64,000 nt of DNA from Podarcis muralis (taxonomy: Eukaryota): positions 66,712,001 through 66,776,000 of the forward strand of contig NC_135658.1 in assembly GCF_964188315.1 (NCBI RefSeq), read 5' to 3'. Numbering within the stretch: position 1 is the stretch's first letter; each line of letters starts with the position of its first letter. The notes beneath the pieces were generated by a model. It saw only the letters and a program-made list of their open reading frames with translations, made no database searches and was not told the origin of the DNA. Below, one piece after another: positions 1 to 13,600 of this stretch. Both the position numbers and the translations under genes were made by a program.

Positions 1-1928
1 TTGCTAAACGTTGACTTGTCCATCTACAAACTTAAGGGCTCCTTCCATTCATGGAGGGAACCAGGATCGAGTGGAAGTTTCCCACTGGAGGAGGAAGCTA
101 TCAAGGTGCTTCCAGGTGCATGTTTATTGTGGGATCAGTGCTTCTTAAGCATTCAAGTTTCTTGAAGTATTCAGCTGACATCAATGACATCCAAATGCCA
201 GCCCACATTCCCCCCTCTAAAGATATAGAAGCCTTCTTTTTTCCTGGTCTCCCAATATCTGCTGCAGTCTCAGGTACTCTTACTTGACACATAATTCTCA
301 AACTGTAATCAGGTGTTCTATTTCATCATACAATCATCACCTGAGAGAAGACAGTGTGGCCGAGACACTAGCTCCATCAGGGAGTGGGAGGGATATGTTC
401 TGCAGTGGGAAGCCTTTTCTACTGATGTAGGCTCCTCATCCACTGTAGAGGCCTGATGTCCAGGGTTATAGGTGCCTACACAGGTACAAAAGCTTCTTCA
501 CTGCCAAAGTTATCCTTCGAAATCATGGAGGACAAGCAGGTGCAGATCTAATACACTTGTATTCACCCTGCCATCATGGGTTGATTTCCCTCTGGAGTAG
601 AATGCCTGAATAAGGCTATATTAACTTGGTAAGACATGAGTAATCAGATATGGCTGAACATTGTGTGTGTGTTGTAGATGGTGTGTTCCCTTTCCTGATC
701 AGCTTGTAATTACATCACCTTTGGCAAGTGATTGGCAGAGAGAGGGGAGGGGGAAAGAGTTCTGAACTTTAGTCTGCTGACCTTGTGATAACATTGTACT
801 GACATTGGACACAGAATTGTGTTGACTGCAAAACTATGATGCAGGAGTGTGATAAAGGTACCACTCACAGATTGATCTGGCAGGAATACTGAAGGGTAAG
901 AACAAGAGTTATCTAAAAGATTTGTATTGCTTTAATCCACAGTCTATTAAGGGGTTCATTAAAATGTTTCATAGATAAACGTTCCTTCCTAATCTTTCGG
1001 CTTGTAGACTTTCCAAATGGGGCATTCACTGCTTTGTAGTCTAGTCCTAGACCTGCTTACCTGGAGGTGAGTCTCATTCATTTCAATGGGATTTGCCTCT
1101 CCCATGAACATACATTGGACCACAGTCTTGGTCTGATGCTTATCAGTGCATGGACCAAACACAATGCCTTAAGGACTTTTGAAAATAATTAAGAATGGGA
1201 AAAGAATGTACCTTAGCATCTCTTTTAAAAAGTGTAAATAATGTCTCGCTGAATATAGATAAGAGCTCATCATACTAACTCACCAAAACAGTTTGCATTT
1301 TAAAAAAATCATGGTAAAAGAGAAGAGAATAATTGTTTATCAAGATATCTTCCTGCCACTACCTTATCCCAAAGTCCTAGGGCAGGTGATAAAATATACC
1401 CTTGCTTACAAGAGAAGCAGTAAGAGAAGCTAAAGTGAAGAAACTCCCTTTTGGATAGAGGAGGAGGAGGAGGAGGAGGTAGCAATGATTGGAGGCTCTA
1501 GCGGAATATCTTTTGGTGCTATGGCTTCTGGGACTAATAGATATGGTCGCCCGTGGGAAAAAAAGCAATTTTAACTTCTCTTACTGCTTCCTTGTGCTCA
1601 GTAGTGTAGCACCTGGTGAACTTTTGTGGAGGGAGTTTTCGCAGGCATATCAAACTAGGCTTCTTTGAATGTTCCTAGAGCATTCCTTGAGCAGGATCAG
1701 AGAGAACACAGTCTGGTTTTCAGACTGCTTTATACAGGGTTACGTTCACCCTTCAGGGCAGATATGGATTTGGGTCCACTCTCAAAAGATACATCCATCT
1801 CTGCCCCTAACATAAATTTCTTCACATTGGGCAGGAAAATGGCTAGGCGTTGACAATCGTCTATGGATCAGGGTGAGCTGAACCCTGCATAAAGTGGTCT
1901 GGAAACCAGACTCTGCTCACCCTGATGC

Positions 1929-2070
1929 TGGGACTGCTCAGTTGGTAGAGCATGAGACTCTTAATCTCTGGGTCGGGGGTTCAAGCCCCACATTGAGCAG
2001 AAGACTCCTGCATTGCAGGGGGTTGGACTAGATGACCTTTGTGGTCCCTCCCAACTCTACAGTTCTATGA
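1929..2070 (+). mobile_element. SINE with a tRNA-Lys-like head and CR1-derived tail
   Basis: GCTCAGTTGGTAGAGCATGAGACTCTTAATCTC..GGTTCAAGCCCCAC followed by the same tail as the CR1 3' end at 50600-50669. Confidence 0.8.
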
Positions 2071-2497
2071 ACCTGCTCATAAGCATTCAAGGAAGCGTGT
2101 TTGGATATGCCTGGGTTCCTTTGGAAGGCAGAAAAGACTACAAATGCAATGAATAAATAAATGCTAATATGCTTTCCAAAAGTACTGGGCATTGTAATGT
2201 GCTTTATATTCTTACAGCACAATTGTTTACATGTTTACTAAGAAGTAAGTCCTATTGTGTTCAGCGGTGCATTGTCCCAGGCAACTTTGCATAAGATTGC
2301 AGCAATTTTATCTTGCAAATGAAAAACAAGGGTTTTTGCCTACTCAGGCTCTAAGTAGGGGGAAGGTTAAAAGCTAGAATAAAGAACTAGATAAAGTAAA
2401 CTAAAATTGGTTGCATGCCAGGAGTTATTGTCTTCAATTGTTAACCTTTGGAAGTTAATATTTATTTATTTTATAAAAAATACTTGTATACCATGAT

Positions 2498-2499
<2 letters not shown>

Positions 2500-2580
<81 letters not shown>
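2500..2580. repeat. Compound (CT)n(CA)n microsatellite
   Basis: Direct reading. Confidence 0.95.
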
Positions 2581-2581
<1 letters not shown>

Positions 2582-3267
2582 AGAGCAGTGTACATCAATT
2601 ATACATACACCATAAAAGCCACATAAGAATTTAAAATAGATCACAAACTATTACAAAAAAGTGTTTATCTTAATAATAATATTGTCTGGATAAACTTGTG
2701 TAACCCCTGTGGCTGTCAACTTGAATTTGAATCAGAGCACCAAACTAATGATGTCAGCATGCCAAACATCTGGGAAAACTGTAAATTTACTGCAGAAATA
2801 CAAATAACACCACAAGTACAGTACAGACCACCATTATTTCCAGGGCAGCCATTATATAGCTGTCAGCAAGCATGATTTCAGGCTCCATCTAATGCTATTT
2901 ATCAATTTTACGATTTGGTAAAGGAAAATAATAGTACTTGCATTCATTGTAAGAAAGATACAAACAAAACAAATCGATAGCAACAGGATATTAACATCAA
3001 CAAGAAAAATGAATACAAATTTCAATAAATATGTACATGCAAGATTTATTTGGAACAACAAATGTTAAGGGTGCATAGCACAACACTCCTGGACCTATTT
3101 GTCGGTAGTTTAGCAGCTTTGTTACCCGGGGGCACGCCCCTCATGTCTGCAATTTCCAAACCAATTTCCCACAAAACACTAAGTGAGATTAAGTGGTTCC
3201 TTTTGCGTGCCCAGGAGGAAACCCCCCAGCCCTGAGAGACCACCAGAAGGAATAATGTCTTGTGACA

Positions 3268-3703
3268 ATGTGTTATGGAATTTAAAAATGGCCACAATTT
3301 TATTAAACCTTTCAGATGTAGGAAGATATTGGCTTAGGCATTGGGCATGTATCCCTCCCAGGCCCCAGCCAGGGAACTGGGGCTCCTCAGGGTGAATGGG
3401 ATATGGGAGGGTTCACTGCAACATGCTTGTGTACGCAGGCAGCCCACCCCATATACCTGCAATGGTGGGGAGTTCACTGACAACCTTTCAGTGACTCCCT
3501 TTTCACAATCCCCGCCTCCACTCAGCGCTGATAGGTTAACTGGGGTTTGGTGGGAACCCCCAATGACTAGCACAGGGAGGCGGGCCAGCCCATCCAACTG
3601 GTGAGCCAGGGTGCTGTGTGCGGTCCCGCAAAGGGCACCCACAAAAGGAGGTGTGAGCGCTCATTTTTTACACACCCCAAACTATAACACCTTCCTTTGC
3701 AGG
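3268..3703 (-). mobile_element. Diverged relative of the 3891-4673 unit, inverted
   Basis: Shares CCTGCAAAG, CCAATGCCTAAGCCAATA and AATAAA(A/G)TTGTGGCC in the same order on the minus strand. Confidence 0.45.
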
Positions 3704-3890
3704 AAAACCACTGCAGCTATTCTTCTGAGAATTCAGTAGAGTTCATTCAGGGGTGATCATAGCTGAAAATTTAATTCCTTTCTCCCCCAAATCATTTCTG
3801 TTTTCTAGATGAATCAAGGTTTCTAGCTCCCAAGCCCCAATATGTATTTGCTTATAATTTGGCTTATTCCACCTAGGGAAAGACTCTCCT

Positions 3891-4673
3891 CCTGCAAAGA
3901 GGGGAGTGGTTGTGGTCGGGGCCAGACTCCGCCTCAAGCAGGGGGCGTTAGCCCCCTGCCTCCCACTCACCTGGCTGGCACCCACACCCACTGACAGGCA
4001 CCCAACCAGGTGCCTGCAAGGGGGCGTGTATAGCAGCTTAAATCACTACGGCCCCAGCCTCCCGGCCTCACTCTTCGTCGTCCCGTCGCGAGTCACCCAC
4101 CCTCCACTCCCTTAGAGCTCAGGGTCTCAGTTTTCTTTTGGCCTTGCTATGGACCTTTGGTTGGTTGCCCTGGTTGTCCGGGGGGCCTGGTAGGAATTTT
4201 TCCATTTGGCATTAGGCTTTTTGGTTTTTTCGCCTACCTCGTAGCAATCGTCACAACTTTCGTGGTATTGGTGGGTAGGTTAGGCATTGGAATAATGTGT
4301 TGTGGTGTGTCAAAGGGCTAGGTGTGGCCATCGCCTACACCTTCAATTTTTGGGTATTCCGTTAAAAGGAATCCGGCAGTCGTGTATTCTGTCCGATGCC
4401 TGCGTGGCGGGAGGCCATGGCACGACCCTCGGTGACATCAGGGGAGAGCTTATAGTTGGATTAGCATCAACAGGCTCCACCTACTGGTGAATACCCCCCC
4501 CCCGTTTCAGACTCACCCCCCCCCTCTGAGGGGGTGGAGTCAGCTGACATAATCCAATGCCTAAGCCAATACCTTTTCACTTGCTGTAATCAATAAAGTT
4601 GTGGCCTTTTCTTGCCCATTAACCTTATATCACGTGTCATTCCACTATGTGGGGATCGGGTCCTCGAACCACA
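3891..4673 (+). mobile_element. Unclassified LTR-like or DIRS/Ngaro-terminal-repeat-like unit
   Basis: GC- and CpG-rich block with AATAAA at 4592 and a CA end; no coding part; related to 3268-3703 in the opposite orientation. Confidence 0.5.
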
Positions 4674-5434
4674 AGGTTGATTTGCCTACAAAGTTCATCC
4701 ACTTCAGTTAGAAGGGGGGGGAAAAGGTTTTAGCTGTTTTTTAAATTCCCCATAATAGTGGATGATCAAGAACAGAGTTTTGTTCTTAACAAAGCTGCTT
4801 GGGACCCAAAATACAAATCAAATCAGGCCACAGTGTGATGTGGAACCGATTGGACGGCTTCCCAAAAGTTCAGATTCAGATCTGAGCTGAATCTTATTCT
4901 TAGTGTTGCCCTAATATGCATCACTGAATCAACGTACAAAGATGTATCATATAGAAAAGAAAAGAAGTCATTGGAAAATTGATTCTGGTAACGGAGCCAA
5001 AAGGCGCTTAATGGTGGCTGGGGAACTTTACCTTCAATCAATACACTAAATACCTTTGCTAGCTTTTGTAGAAAAGGAATCTTTTGTAGAAACGGAGTCT
5101 TCTGAAAATGCATTTCTCCCCTCTCCACCAAGAATGAATAGTATGACAATCCTTCAGTTTATTTCCAGTCAAGTGAAAATATTGATTATATCACAATAAG
5201 AGTGAGTAGGTTTGTTTGCTGTGGTTAAACAGATTAACAATAATTATAAGCCTCTTCTTTCAAGATGTGCTGTAGCTGCAGAGTCACCTGAATCCAGCCC
5301 ATAACATTATGGCACCAGGAACCAATACCATCCCTAGTTCAGCAGTTTTAGGTTATCTGTATTGATGACTTTAAAAATATACCCATTCCACAGCATATGC
5401 CACAATACATAGGAACATAGGAAACAGCTCTATA

Positions 5435-5673
5435 CAGTTGTACTTTGGGTTAAGAACTTCATTCATTCTGGAGGTCTGTTCTTAACCTGAAACTGTTCTT
5501 AACCTGAAGCACCACTTTAGCTAATGGGGCCTCCCGCTGCTGCCGCACTGTCACGCAATTTCTGTTCTCATCCTGAAGCAAAGTTCTTAACCTGAGGTAC
5601 TATTTCTGGGTTAGCGGAGTCTGTAACCTGAAGCGTATGTAACCTGAAGTGTCTGTAACCTGAGGTACCACTG
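5435..5673. mobile_element. Tc1/mariner-type MITE (Tigger-like)
   Basis: TIR CAGT(G/T)GTAC..GTACCACTG, flanked by TA; same family as 15469-15694 and 60648-60889. Confidence 0.85.
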
Positions 5674-8388
5674 TACTGTGTCCACCCCAGTCAGTACTGT
5701 CTACTGTAACTGACAGTGGCTCTTGGTTTTTTTTGACAGGGAGCAGTCCTACCTGGAGATGCTGGGAGTTCAGGCTGGGCCCAAGAACAGCCACACAACA
5801 TGCCATCCTTATGCCTTTTCTAATTCCATTCCAGAAACGTCTTGCCAACAGAGCCTATGGCTGATGGTGCTTTGGCTATCATAGAACAGTAGCAGCTGGC
5901 AGAGCAGCATGGGATGAGTTGTGTTGCTGACCTGGCCTCCCAACACTGCATGATGCAGCAGGGAGTAAGCTCATACTCTTGTTGCTGCACTGTACCCTTG
6001 CTCCCTCACCATCTCAGTAACCTGCAGCAGCACACAGCCCTGGGAAGCTGCAGCACAGTCCTGCCCCACCAGCCACTACTGCAAGATAATATACTGTTTG
6101 TGGTGCCACAGATCAGTGGCTTCCTGGAACAGAGATGCCCATCACTTTGCAAATGAGAAAATGGTCAATAACACCACCTATAATATGTAACAGATTTATT
6201 CTATAAAATAAGAGTCTAGTATGTTTTTCCTAGAAGAAAATCTCTAGGCATTTTGTAAGAGCAATTCCAATGAAATGATGACCAAGGAAGAGACTCAAGA
6301 GACATACTTAATGGCAGGACAGGAAATAGGGGGGGAAATAGCAAAAGTATTTTAACTTTTGTACATTTTAAAATATGATTTCAAATTTTCATTGATTTTG
6401 TTGTTTTATCTTTCCGTAAACTGCTTTGAGAGGGTGTGTGTTTGTTTGTTTTTGTGGGTTTATGTGTTGTTGTTTTTACAATCAAGCTGTGTTTAAATTT
6501 TATGAAATAAGTAAAATAATAGTTTGGGGATGAGAGAGGTACCAGTGAGTGAGATGGCTTTTATGTAAATGTCCTCATGGCTTATTGAGTCTGAAAAGAC
6601 TTCTGTAGCATCTGGGTTCCTTTATGATCCTTTCCAGTCACCTTGACTTATACCTCACAATGGTGCAATATTAAATATAAAACTGTTCAGGCAACCTCTT
6701 TTGAAAACTGTACAGAGAGCAATCATGGTTATCAACTGAATCTTAAATGACAAAAATGCATAAGAACTAGAAGCTGGGCAGGCCGCAGGCTGCTACTGTT
6801 CTATGAGAGCCAAAGCACCAGGCCGGGGCTTCCTGTTATATCCTTGCTGGGATTGACAAGGCATATGACCCTCACCTGAATGAATTATTCAAATTAGGCC
6901 CCAGGGTTTTCCTTACAATCCCCTTCTCAATGAATTAATCAATTTTAATCTAGCATGTAACTTCTCAAAACTTTCTTATTTGTTAATTCAAGCAACTACT
7001 GCTCTCACTTCATTACAAACAGTATTTCTACCTGCAACACACTTCAGCAAAACTGCTTCTCTTCCTTTCACAGATATTTTGTTTCCATTTGCAACTGTAG
7101 CTGCCTCTGATGAGTTATCATTTAATTCGGGGGGGGGGGGGGGAGGAATTAGCATCAGACGTCATGTGCATGGAAGTTGCCAAATCAATTAACCAGCTAG
7201 AAGGGTTACTGTTAATAACACCAGTTTTCCTATAACTTGATATTGCTGGATAGTTCTGATGAACTGCAAAAGCATTTTTAGCTTGCTTTCTGTTGCCATC
7301 CTAGAACTTTTCTTTATTAGTGCCACTTTGTTTTGTACAATTCCTTGCAAATGAAGGAAAACAACTTTTCTGCTTGTTTATGTTGATAATATGATTTTGG
7401 TTACTGAGAACAAACAAGATTGTACAAAAACAAGATTGAGTGCAGGTCTGGCCAGGACATAGGCGTCCTGTGACAAAGGTAACCTGTGTGCTTGCTTGCT
7501 TGCTTAACAGCTATTGGGAACTTTAAGGTCCCTGTATCCCTTCTTATGGTCTTTATATTGGACCTGGAGACTCCAATAGAGAGCATTCCATGTCAAGAAG
7601 GAGGGCAAGTGGGCACCCTATCAAATGACAGGGCAGGAGCTACACGGAGCAGGGGCTTTTCTCTGGTGGTGCCCATTGTATGGTTCGCTCTTCCCAGACC
7701 TGTTCTCTTTTGGCCTCTATTTTGGAGCTTTATAATTTAGGAAGACTTTGGAAGAACTGGTTGACAACCCTTATTAGTCGCTGATGTATGAGCGGATTTT
7801 ATTTGCTGCTATTCTGGGCTCCTGGTGCACCAGGGTTTACACCAGCATAACAGAGTTGGCCAGGATGCCAGAAGGGATACAATTTATGAGCTTTCTCCAT
7901 TATCTGCACAGCAGGGGGTGTTCAGTCACCAGTGCAAAGGCTGAGCTGAAGCATTTCCTGTTGGTTACCTGCTTTCAGCAATAGGGGTCACTGTTTGGTA
8001 GTACCCAATTGGTTAGCTGTCAGATTCTAGAGCTCCCTATTGGTGGCTCTTGGCTAATTCCAAAAATACAGAGTCCATTAATAAAACACAGCGTTCATTC
8101 ATAAAGCAGTAACATAAATCTCCATGGCTACATATTGGGTGTGTATTTCAGCAGTTGAACGTACAAGTTTATGGCCATGCTGTAGTGTAGTGCTTATGTG
8201 ACTGCGAATAAAAGGTGGCTGGGCTCATTGTCCCAGAGTTTGAGGGGGGGGGGAGAGGTGACAATACTGATTTCCAATAAGTGCCCTCCTCTTTATTTCC
8301 ACAACAAGTCCTTGAGTCTATAGTCTGAATAGTGACCAGGGACCTAGAAGGTGCAGGGCTTGTCAGTCCAACCCCTGCACAGTCTCAT

Positions 8389-8598
8389 CAGGGCTGACCT
8401 TAAGGCAATTGGAGCAATTGGGCCAAATTGGGTCCTGCGTGCAGCTTCTAAGAGGACCCCAGCACCAGGGCAATGTAGATGAATTTTATTTATATCTATA
8501 GGATTTTGCAGGTTTTGGCTGTGGACTGGGGCCCTATCAAAACGAAAAACTAAAGTTGGGCCCCATTTCTTCAAATGGGACCCCACTGGCTAGCCCTG
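8389..8598. mobile_element. hAT-type MITE, 210 bp
   Basis: Ends CAGGGC..GCCCTG; 8-bp TSD AGTCTCAT/GGTCTCAT with 1 mismatch. Confidence 0.75.
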
Positions 8599-8616
8599 GG
8601 TCTCATAGTTGCTGGG

Positions 8617-8820
8617 CCTGCCCTTGCATGAAGTCTTGGGTTTGCAATTTTGGAAGAGGGAAGACTGTGGCACTGGGGAGCAGGCAGGCTGGGGAGGCCC
8701 CCTAGATTTAGAGTCCCAAGTTGCCCTGCCCTTGCATGAAGTCTTGGGTTTGCAATTTTGGGAGAGGGGAGGTTGCCTGCTGGGGAGCAGGCAGGCTGGC
8801 AAGGCCCCCTAGATTTAGAG
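8617..8820 (+). repeat. Two-copy tandem duplication, period 108 bp
   Basis: CCTGCCCTTGCATGAAGTCTTGGGTTTGCAATTTTGG...CCCCCTAGATTTAGAG occurs twice. Confidence 0.85.
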
Positions 8821-10262
8821 GCCCTAGGCTTCTGGCTACTTAGCCTATACATTAATCCGGCACTTTTCCTGGGTCGTGCTTGATGTGCATGCCTGCATCA
8901 TTTTGCACTACCAGCTTCCTCTGTCATTGAGGGAGTCTGCTGGCAAATTGCGCTTCTTCTCTTTTCACTTCTTGCACACGTTTTAGCCCTGTATTCAGCC
9001 AAACAGCGGACAATAATCACCAGGGCTGGCCCTACTATTAGGCAGAGAGGGGCCATCTCACCCACTCATCAAGCAGCCTTGCAGTAACAGCCTTTATTGG
9101 AGCTGAGAGTCACCCTTCACCCTCAGCCATTTTGGCGGGGGACTAGCCTCTTCTTTCTTCCTCTCCCTATTCAAGTTAATGGAGAGAGCATTCTCAACAT
9201 TAGCTTGAAGGTGTGGAGGTCTGCATGCATGTACCCGAGTCCATTTTAAAGGTTATTATTCTAGCAGCATCCACTTCTCCTGCTTCCTGAAAGGTACAGT
9301 ACTTGTGACTTAAGACCCTCTGGCTTTTTATTACATTTTGTGGTGGCATGCAGCACAAAATCTCACTACAAACAAGGGAGACACAGGGCTCTACTCCATA
9401 CAGCATGCCCTGTGAGTTGCAATTGCTTCTGTGAAAAATATTGGTGCAGTGATGTCTAGCAAACAAACATGTGGATTGTATCTTGATAACAGACCTGGTT
9501 AGATATTGGATGTATTCATTCGGCTTCTCAATTTGCCTCTTTCCAATTAACCCAGAATCCCCCAAAATTCTGGAATAATTTCAAGCATTAGTGACACACA
9601 TGAGTAATAGCACTGGCTAGACTGAGTGAGGCAAATGTTAGATTTGGGGAACTCTGCAACATCGCTCTGCAACAACTCTGCCACTGCTGACACGCAGCAC
9701 ATCTGCTACTCCTGTTCCGAGATGCCTGCTTTCAAAATGACACAGGGGCTTTATTTATTGAGATGTTTTGCAGTTTGGTTGATCTTGTGGCCTCCAATAC
9801 AGGTCGAGCTAAACAGGCACAATTTAGGTGCTCATAAAATGTAAATGTATTTAAAAATTGATGCCTGCTTCATGCAGCAGCTGGGTCTGCATGTGCCTCT
9901 TTAATGACAGAAGGCAGACACTTGGAGTTGCACATGTTCCATGGGATAATAACATTGTCTTCAGCATTGCTCCATCGCTTCATGGTTGTTGTTGAGATCA
10001 GGGCTAACAGGGAAGATTAGGTAAAGGATAAAGGGACCCCTGACCATTAGGTCCAGTCGTGGCCGACTCTGGGGTTGCGGTGCTCATCTCGCTTTATTGG
10101 CCAAGGGAGACAGCGTACAGCTTCCGGGTCATGTGGCCAGCATGACTAAGCCGCTTCTGGTGAACCAGAGCAGTGCACGGAAACGCCGTTTACCTTCCCA
10201 CCGGAGTGGTACCTATTTATCTACTTACACTTTGATCTGCTTTCGAACTGATAGGTTGGCAG

Positions 10263-10573
10263 TGTTGGTGTAAAGCAGAGTTCCGTGCCCAGCGGAAGGA
10301 TGAGGAGTACGTACTACATACTCTATATTGCTTTATTTACAGTTCAAAGCTGGTATATTACAGAAAGACATCTTGCCTCTGCCGGAGCAGATAATGCATC
10401 CTCTCTCCTCGACAGCTTGGAGAGAATCACACAGTGAAAAACAGGAAACCAGTGTACGTCACATCCAGTCTCCCTTTCCCGTGAGAAACTCCAACAGTAC
10501 AGACTGTGGAATGTAAACACCTGTCTCGTGACAAGCCCTTTCGCTGCACAGTGAAGGAAAGCAGAAACCAACA
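10263..10573 (-). repeat. 3' LTR of the copia element
   Basis: Direct repeat of 14965-15275 with no difference seen by eye; the PPT abuts its internal edge. Confidence 0.97.
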
Positions 10574-10586
10574 TCCTCCCCCTTTC
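10574..10586 (-). promoter_or_regulatory. Polypurine tract GAAAGGGGGAGGA of the copia element
   Basis: Purine run immediately 5' of the 3' LTR on the element strand. Confidence 0.9.
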
Positions 10587-10620
10587 TGTGAACATCACTG
10601 GGCAGCGTGTTCGTACAATA

Positions 10621-13600
10621 TCAGTACAAACCCAACTTCTGCACATAGGTACAGTGTTGATCCCTTGATACAACCTTGGACAATACATCAGCAGGAATTT
10701 CATTACCTGATATATAGGACACCGTTACGAGTCCCTTCTGAATACATTCCCTAGCATGCTGCAACTTTAATTGCAAGTGCTTCGTGCTTTGCTTACAACC
10801 TTCAGACTTCAGCAAAGCCAAACATGCTTTGTTGTCCTGGTAAACCTGGATTGGACATTTGACAGGAATTTTCATATCTTTGCACAATTGTACTAACCAT
10901 TCACAATCCTTAAGTGAATATGACAGTGCATTCAGTTCAGCTTCACAAGTACTTAAGCTAACTGTTGTTTGCTTCTTGCATGACCAATCAAACAGACCTT
11001 GATTGTACATGTAGCAAACTCCAGACGTACTTTTCCTGTCTGTAGTGTCACTTCCAAAACTTGCATCTGCAAATATCTCAAGACCACCAGATTTCTGATT
11101 GTTAAATCTCAGTCTGTAATGCATAGTGCCTTTCAAATACCGCGCTATGCGTTTCAGAGCTTTCCAATCCTTGACACTAGGATTGTTGACTTGTCTGCTT
11201 AGCAAATTACAGCTAACAGCAATGTCTGGTCTTGAACATCTGGCAATGAAGTTTAGCTTGCCTAGCACACTTCTGTACAGTGTAGTGTCAGAAAATGCTT
11301 CTTCAGTGTCATCTACCTGATAACCTGTTGTCATCGGTGTGTCTACAGGGTTAGCATCCATCAGGTTTAGTTTGCTTAACACATCAGCAATTTTCCGTGA
11401 CTGGTGTACTAGAATGTTACCATCTTGATCTCTCTCTATTTCCAGAGATAGGTAGTTGCTTACCTCACCAAGATCTTTCATGTCAAAGTGCTCTTTCAGT
11501 TGAGCTAGGGCGTTATTGTACATTGCGACATCTTTCCAAAAGAATAATAAATCATCAACATAAAACAAACAGTACAGTTTCTTTTGCCCCTCCTCTTTGA
11601 CAAATACACATGGATCAGCTTTCCCTTGCTTAAAACCTAGAGAAAACAATACTTCAGTGAGTTTTGTGTGCCAACACCGTGCACTTTGTTTGAGACCATA
11701 AAGGGATTTCTTCAGAGCACAAACAAATCCCTGTTTTACCTGTACGCCATCAGGTGGAAGCATATAAAGTGATTCATCTAGAGATCCGTACAGAAAAGCT
11801 GTATTAATATCATGGTGACTAATGTGTAGATTTTCCTCTGCAGCTAGCTTGAGCATAAGCCTAATGCTTTCATACCTCACTGTGGGTGAGTAGGTCTCGT
11901 GATAGTCTTCACCTGGTACCTGTGCAAAACCTCTGGCTACCAATCTGGCTTTGTGTCTGACTATCTTGCCATTTTGATCTGTCTTCGCTTTGAAGACCCA
12001 TTTGCTTCCAAGCAGTTTCATTCCTGGAACTACTGGAACAAGCTCCCATGTTTTGTTCCTTTCCAAGGAATCAAGCTCAGCCTTCATGGCATTTAACCAT
12101 GGCTCAGCTTCCTTTGAATCCAAACCCTGGATTTCTTGGAAACTTGAAGGTTCAAATACCTTCTTGGAGCTTTTAACAGCTGTTACTGCTATCGTAGCAA
12201 ACTCATCAGCAAATCTCTTTGGAGGTTTGCCCTTTGTGGCTCTCTGTGACCTACGAATTAGCCTTAAGTCTTCAACACTCTCCTCTTCCTTCTTAGGAGA
12301 AAAACGATCTATTGTGAACAATGGTTCTTCCAATTCTTCTCGATCAGAGCTTTCAGAGGGTCGCATAGAGGCTTTCGCACTCTTGAAATCCTCTGAATCA
12401 CCCGATTCAGTTTCAGATTCAGACTCAGAACCTTCATCAGTAGGTGTGGGTTGTTGTGGTTGCTTTTGACTATCCTCAGTCTCATCACCGTCATCAGGAT
12501 AACATTGGAAAATTCCCACATTCTCCCCCCACTTTGCATTGTACTCAACACTTCTCGTGAGCTTAATTGTCTTAGAGTCAGTCATCATTATTCTGTAAGA
12601 TCCTTTCTGATAACCTAGAAAGATACCATGCAAACCACGCTTGTCTAACTTGGAGTTTTGTGGTGAGTGGATCCACATGTCAGAACCAAAAATTTTCATG
12701 TGTTTGATGTATGGCTTCTTGCCAAACATCTTCTCATAGGGGGTACAACCAATCGCTGAAGATAACCTGCGATTGTAACTGTAAACAAAACACGAGAGAG
12801 ATTCGGCCCAATAACTCTCTGGAAGATTGGCATCATGCAGCAAGGTTTTTAACCCTTGAAGCAATGTCTGATTTGCCCGTTCCGCAAGTCCATTCTGCCA
12901 TGGCGAGCGAGGACTAGACAAATCGTGTTGAATTCCTTTCTCAGTCAGAAAAGCTTCAAACTGCTGAGAAGTGAATTCTCCCCCGCGATCACTGAAAAGA
13001 GTCTTTATCTTCTTACCATGCACATTTTCCAACCAAGCACAGAATTCCTTGAACCTAGGAAAAGCCTCTGATTTCTGCTTGAGATTGTACACAAAAATAT
13101 ATCTGGAAAATGCATCAACGAGAACCATGAAGTACCTATTTCCACCCAAAGAGGGCGCTAGTGGTCCAACCAAATCAGCATGAACAATCTGGTATGGTTC
13201 CGTAGCTTGCCTACTAGACACCTTACCTTTCGCAGCCATTTTCACCTTGTTTGCTGCGCATGCTTTGCACTTCATGTGGTACTTGCAGGGTTTAATAGTC
13301 ATACCTTCAACCAGGGCAGGCATTTTAGATACTGCCTCAAAATGCAAATGACCAAATTTTCGATGAAAATCATGAATACATTCTGCATGCAAACTTTTGT
13401 TAGAACCTGCAATGCAACAAGTGTCATCCTGCACAACATCATCATAATACAAGACAAACAAACGATCAACATATTCAGCATACAATACATAGTCATTTTT
13501 CTTTGTGATGATGCACTTCTTGTTCTTGAAGGACACGTCAATGTTCCGCTCAATTAGCTGTCCAACGCTGAGAAGATTATGTTTGGCGTCTGGCACGTAA

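Noticed and set aside
1929-2000. tRNA-Lys gene
   Set aside because: The acceptor stem is degenerate and it runs straight into a CR1-derived tail, so it is a SINE head.
3911-4673. Classic solo LTR bounded by TGTGGT...ACCACA
   Set aside because: The flanks give only an imperfect 4-bp match (TGGT/AGGT), and similarity to the neighbouring unit extends to 3891. Kept as unclassified.
6980-7192. Possible terminal exon of a neighbouring plus-strand gene
   Set aside because: No convincing protein match; the frame runs through a poly-G tract.
10328-10703. ORFs inside the copia LTRs (62 aa and 119 aa, duplicated near 15030-15288)
   Set aside because: No recognisable domain and no env-like features; the length is within chance expectation.
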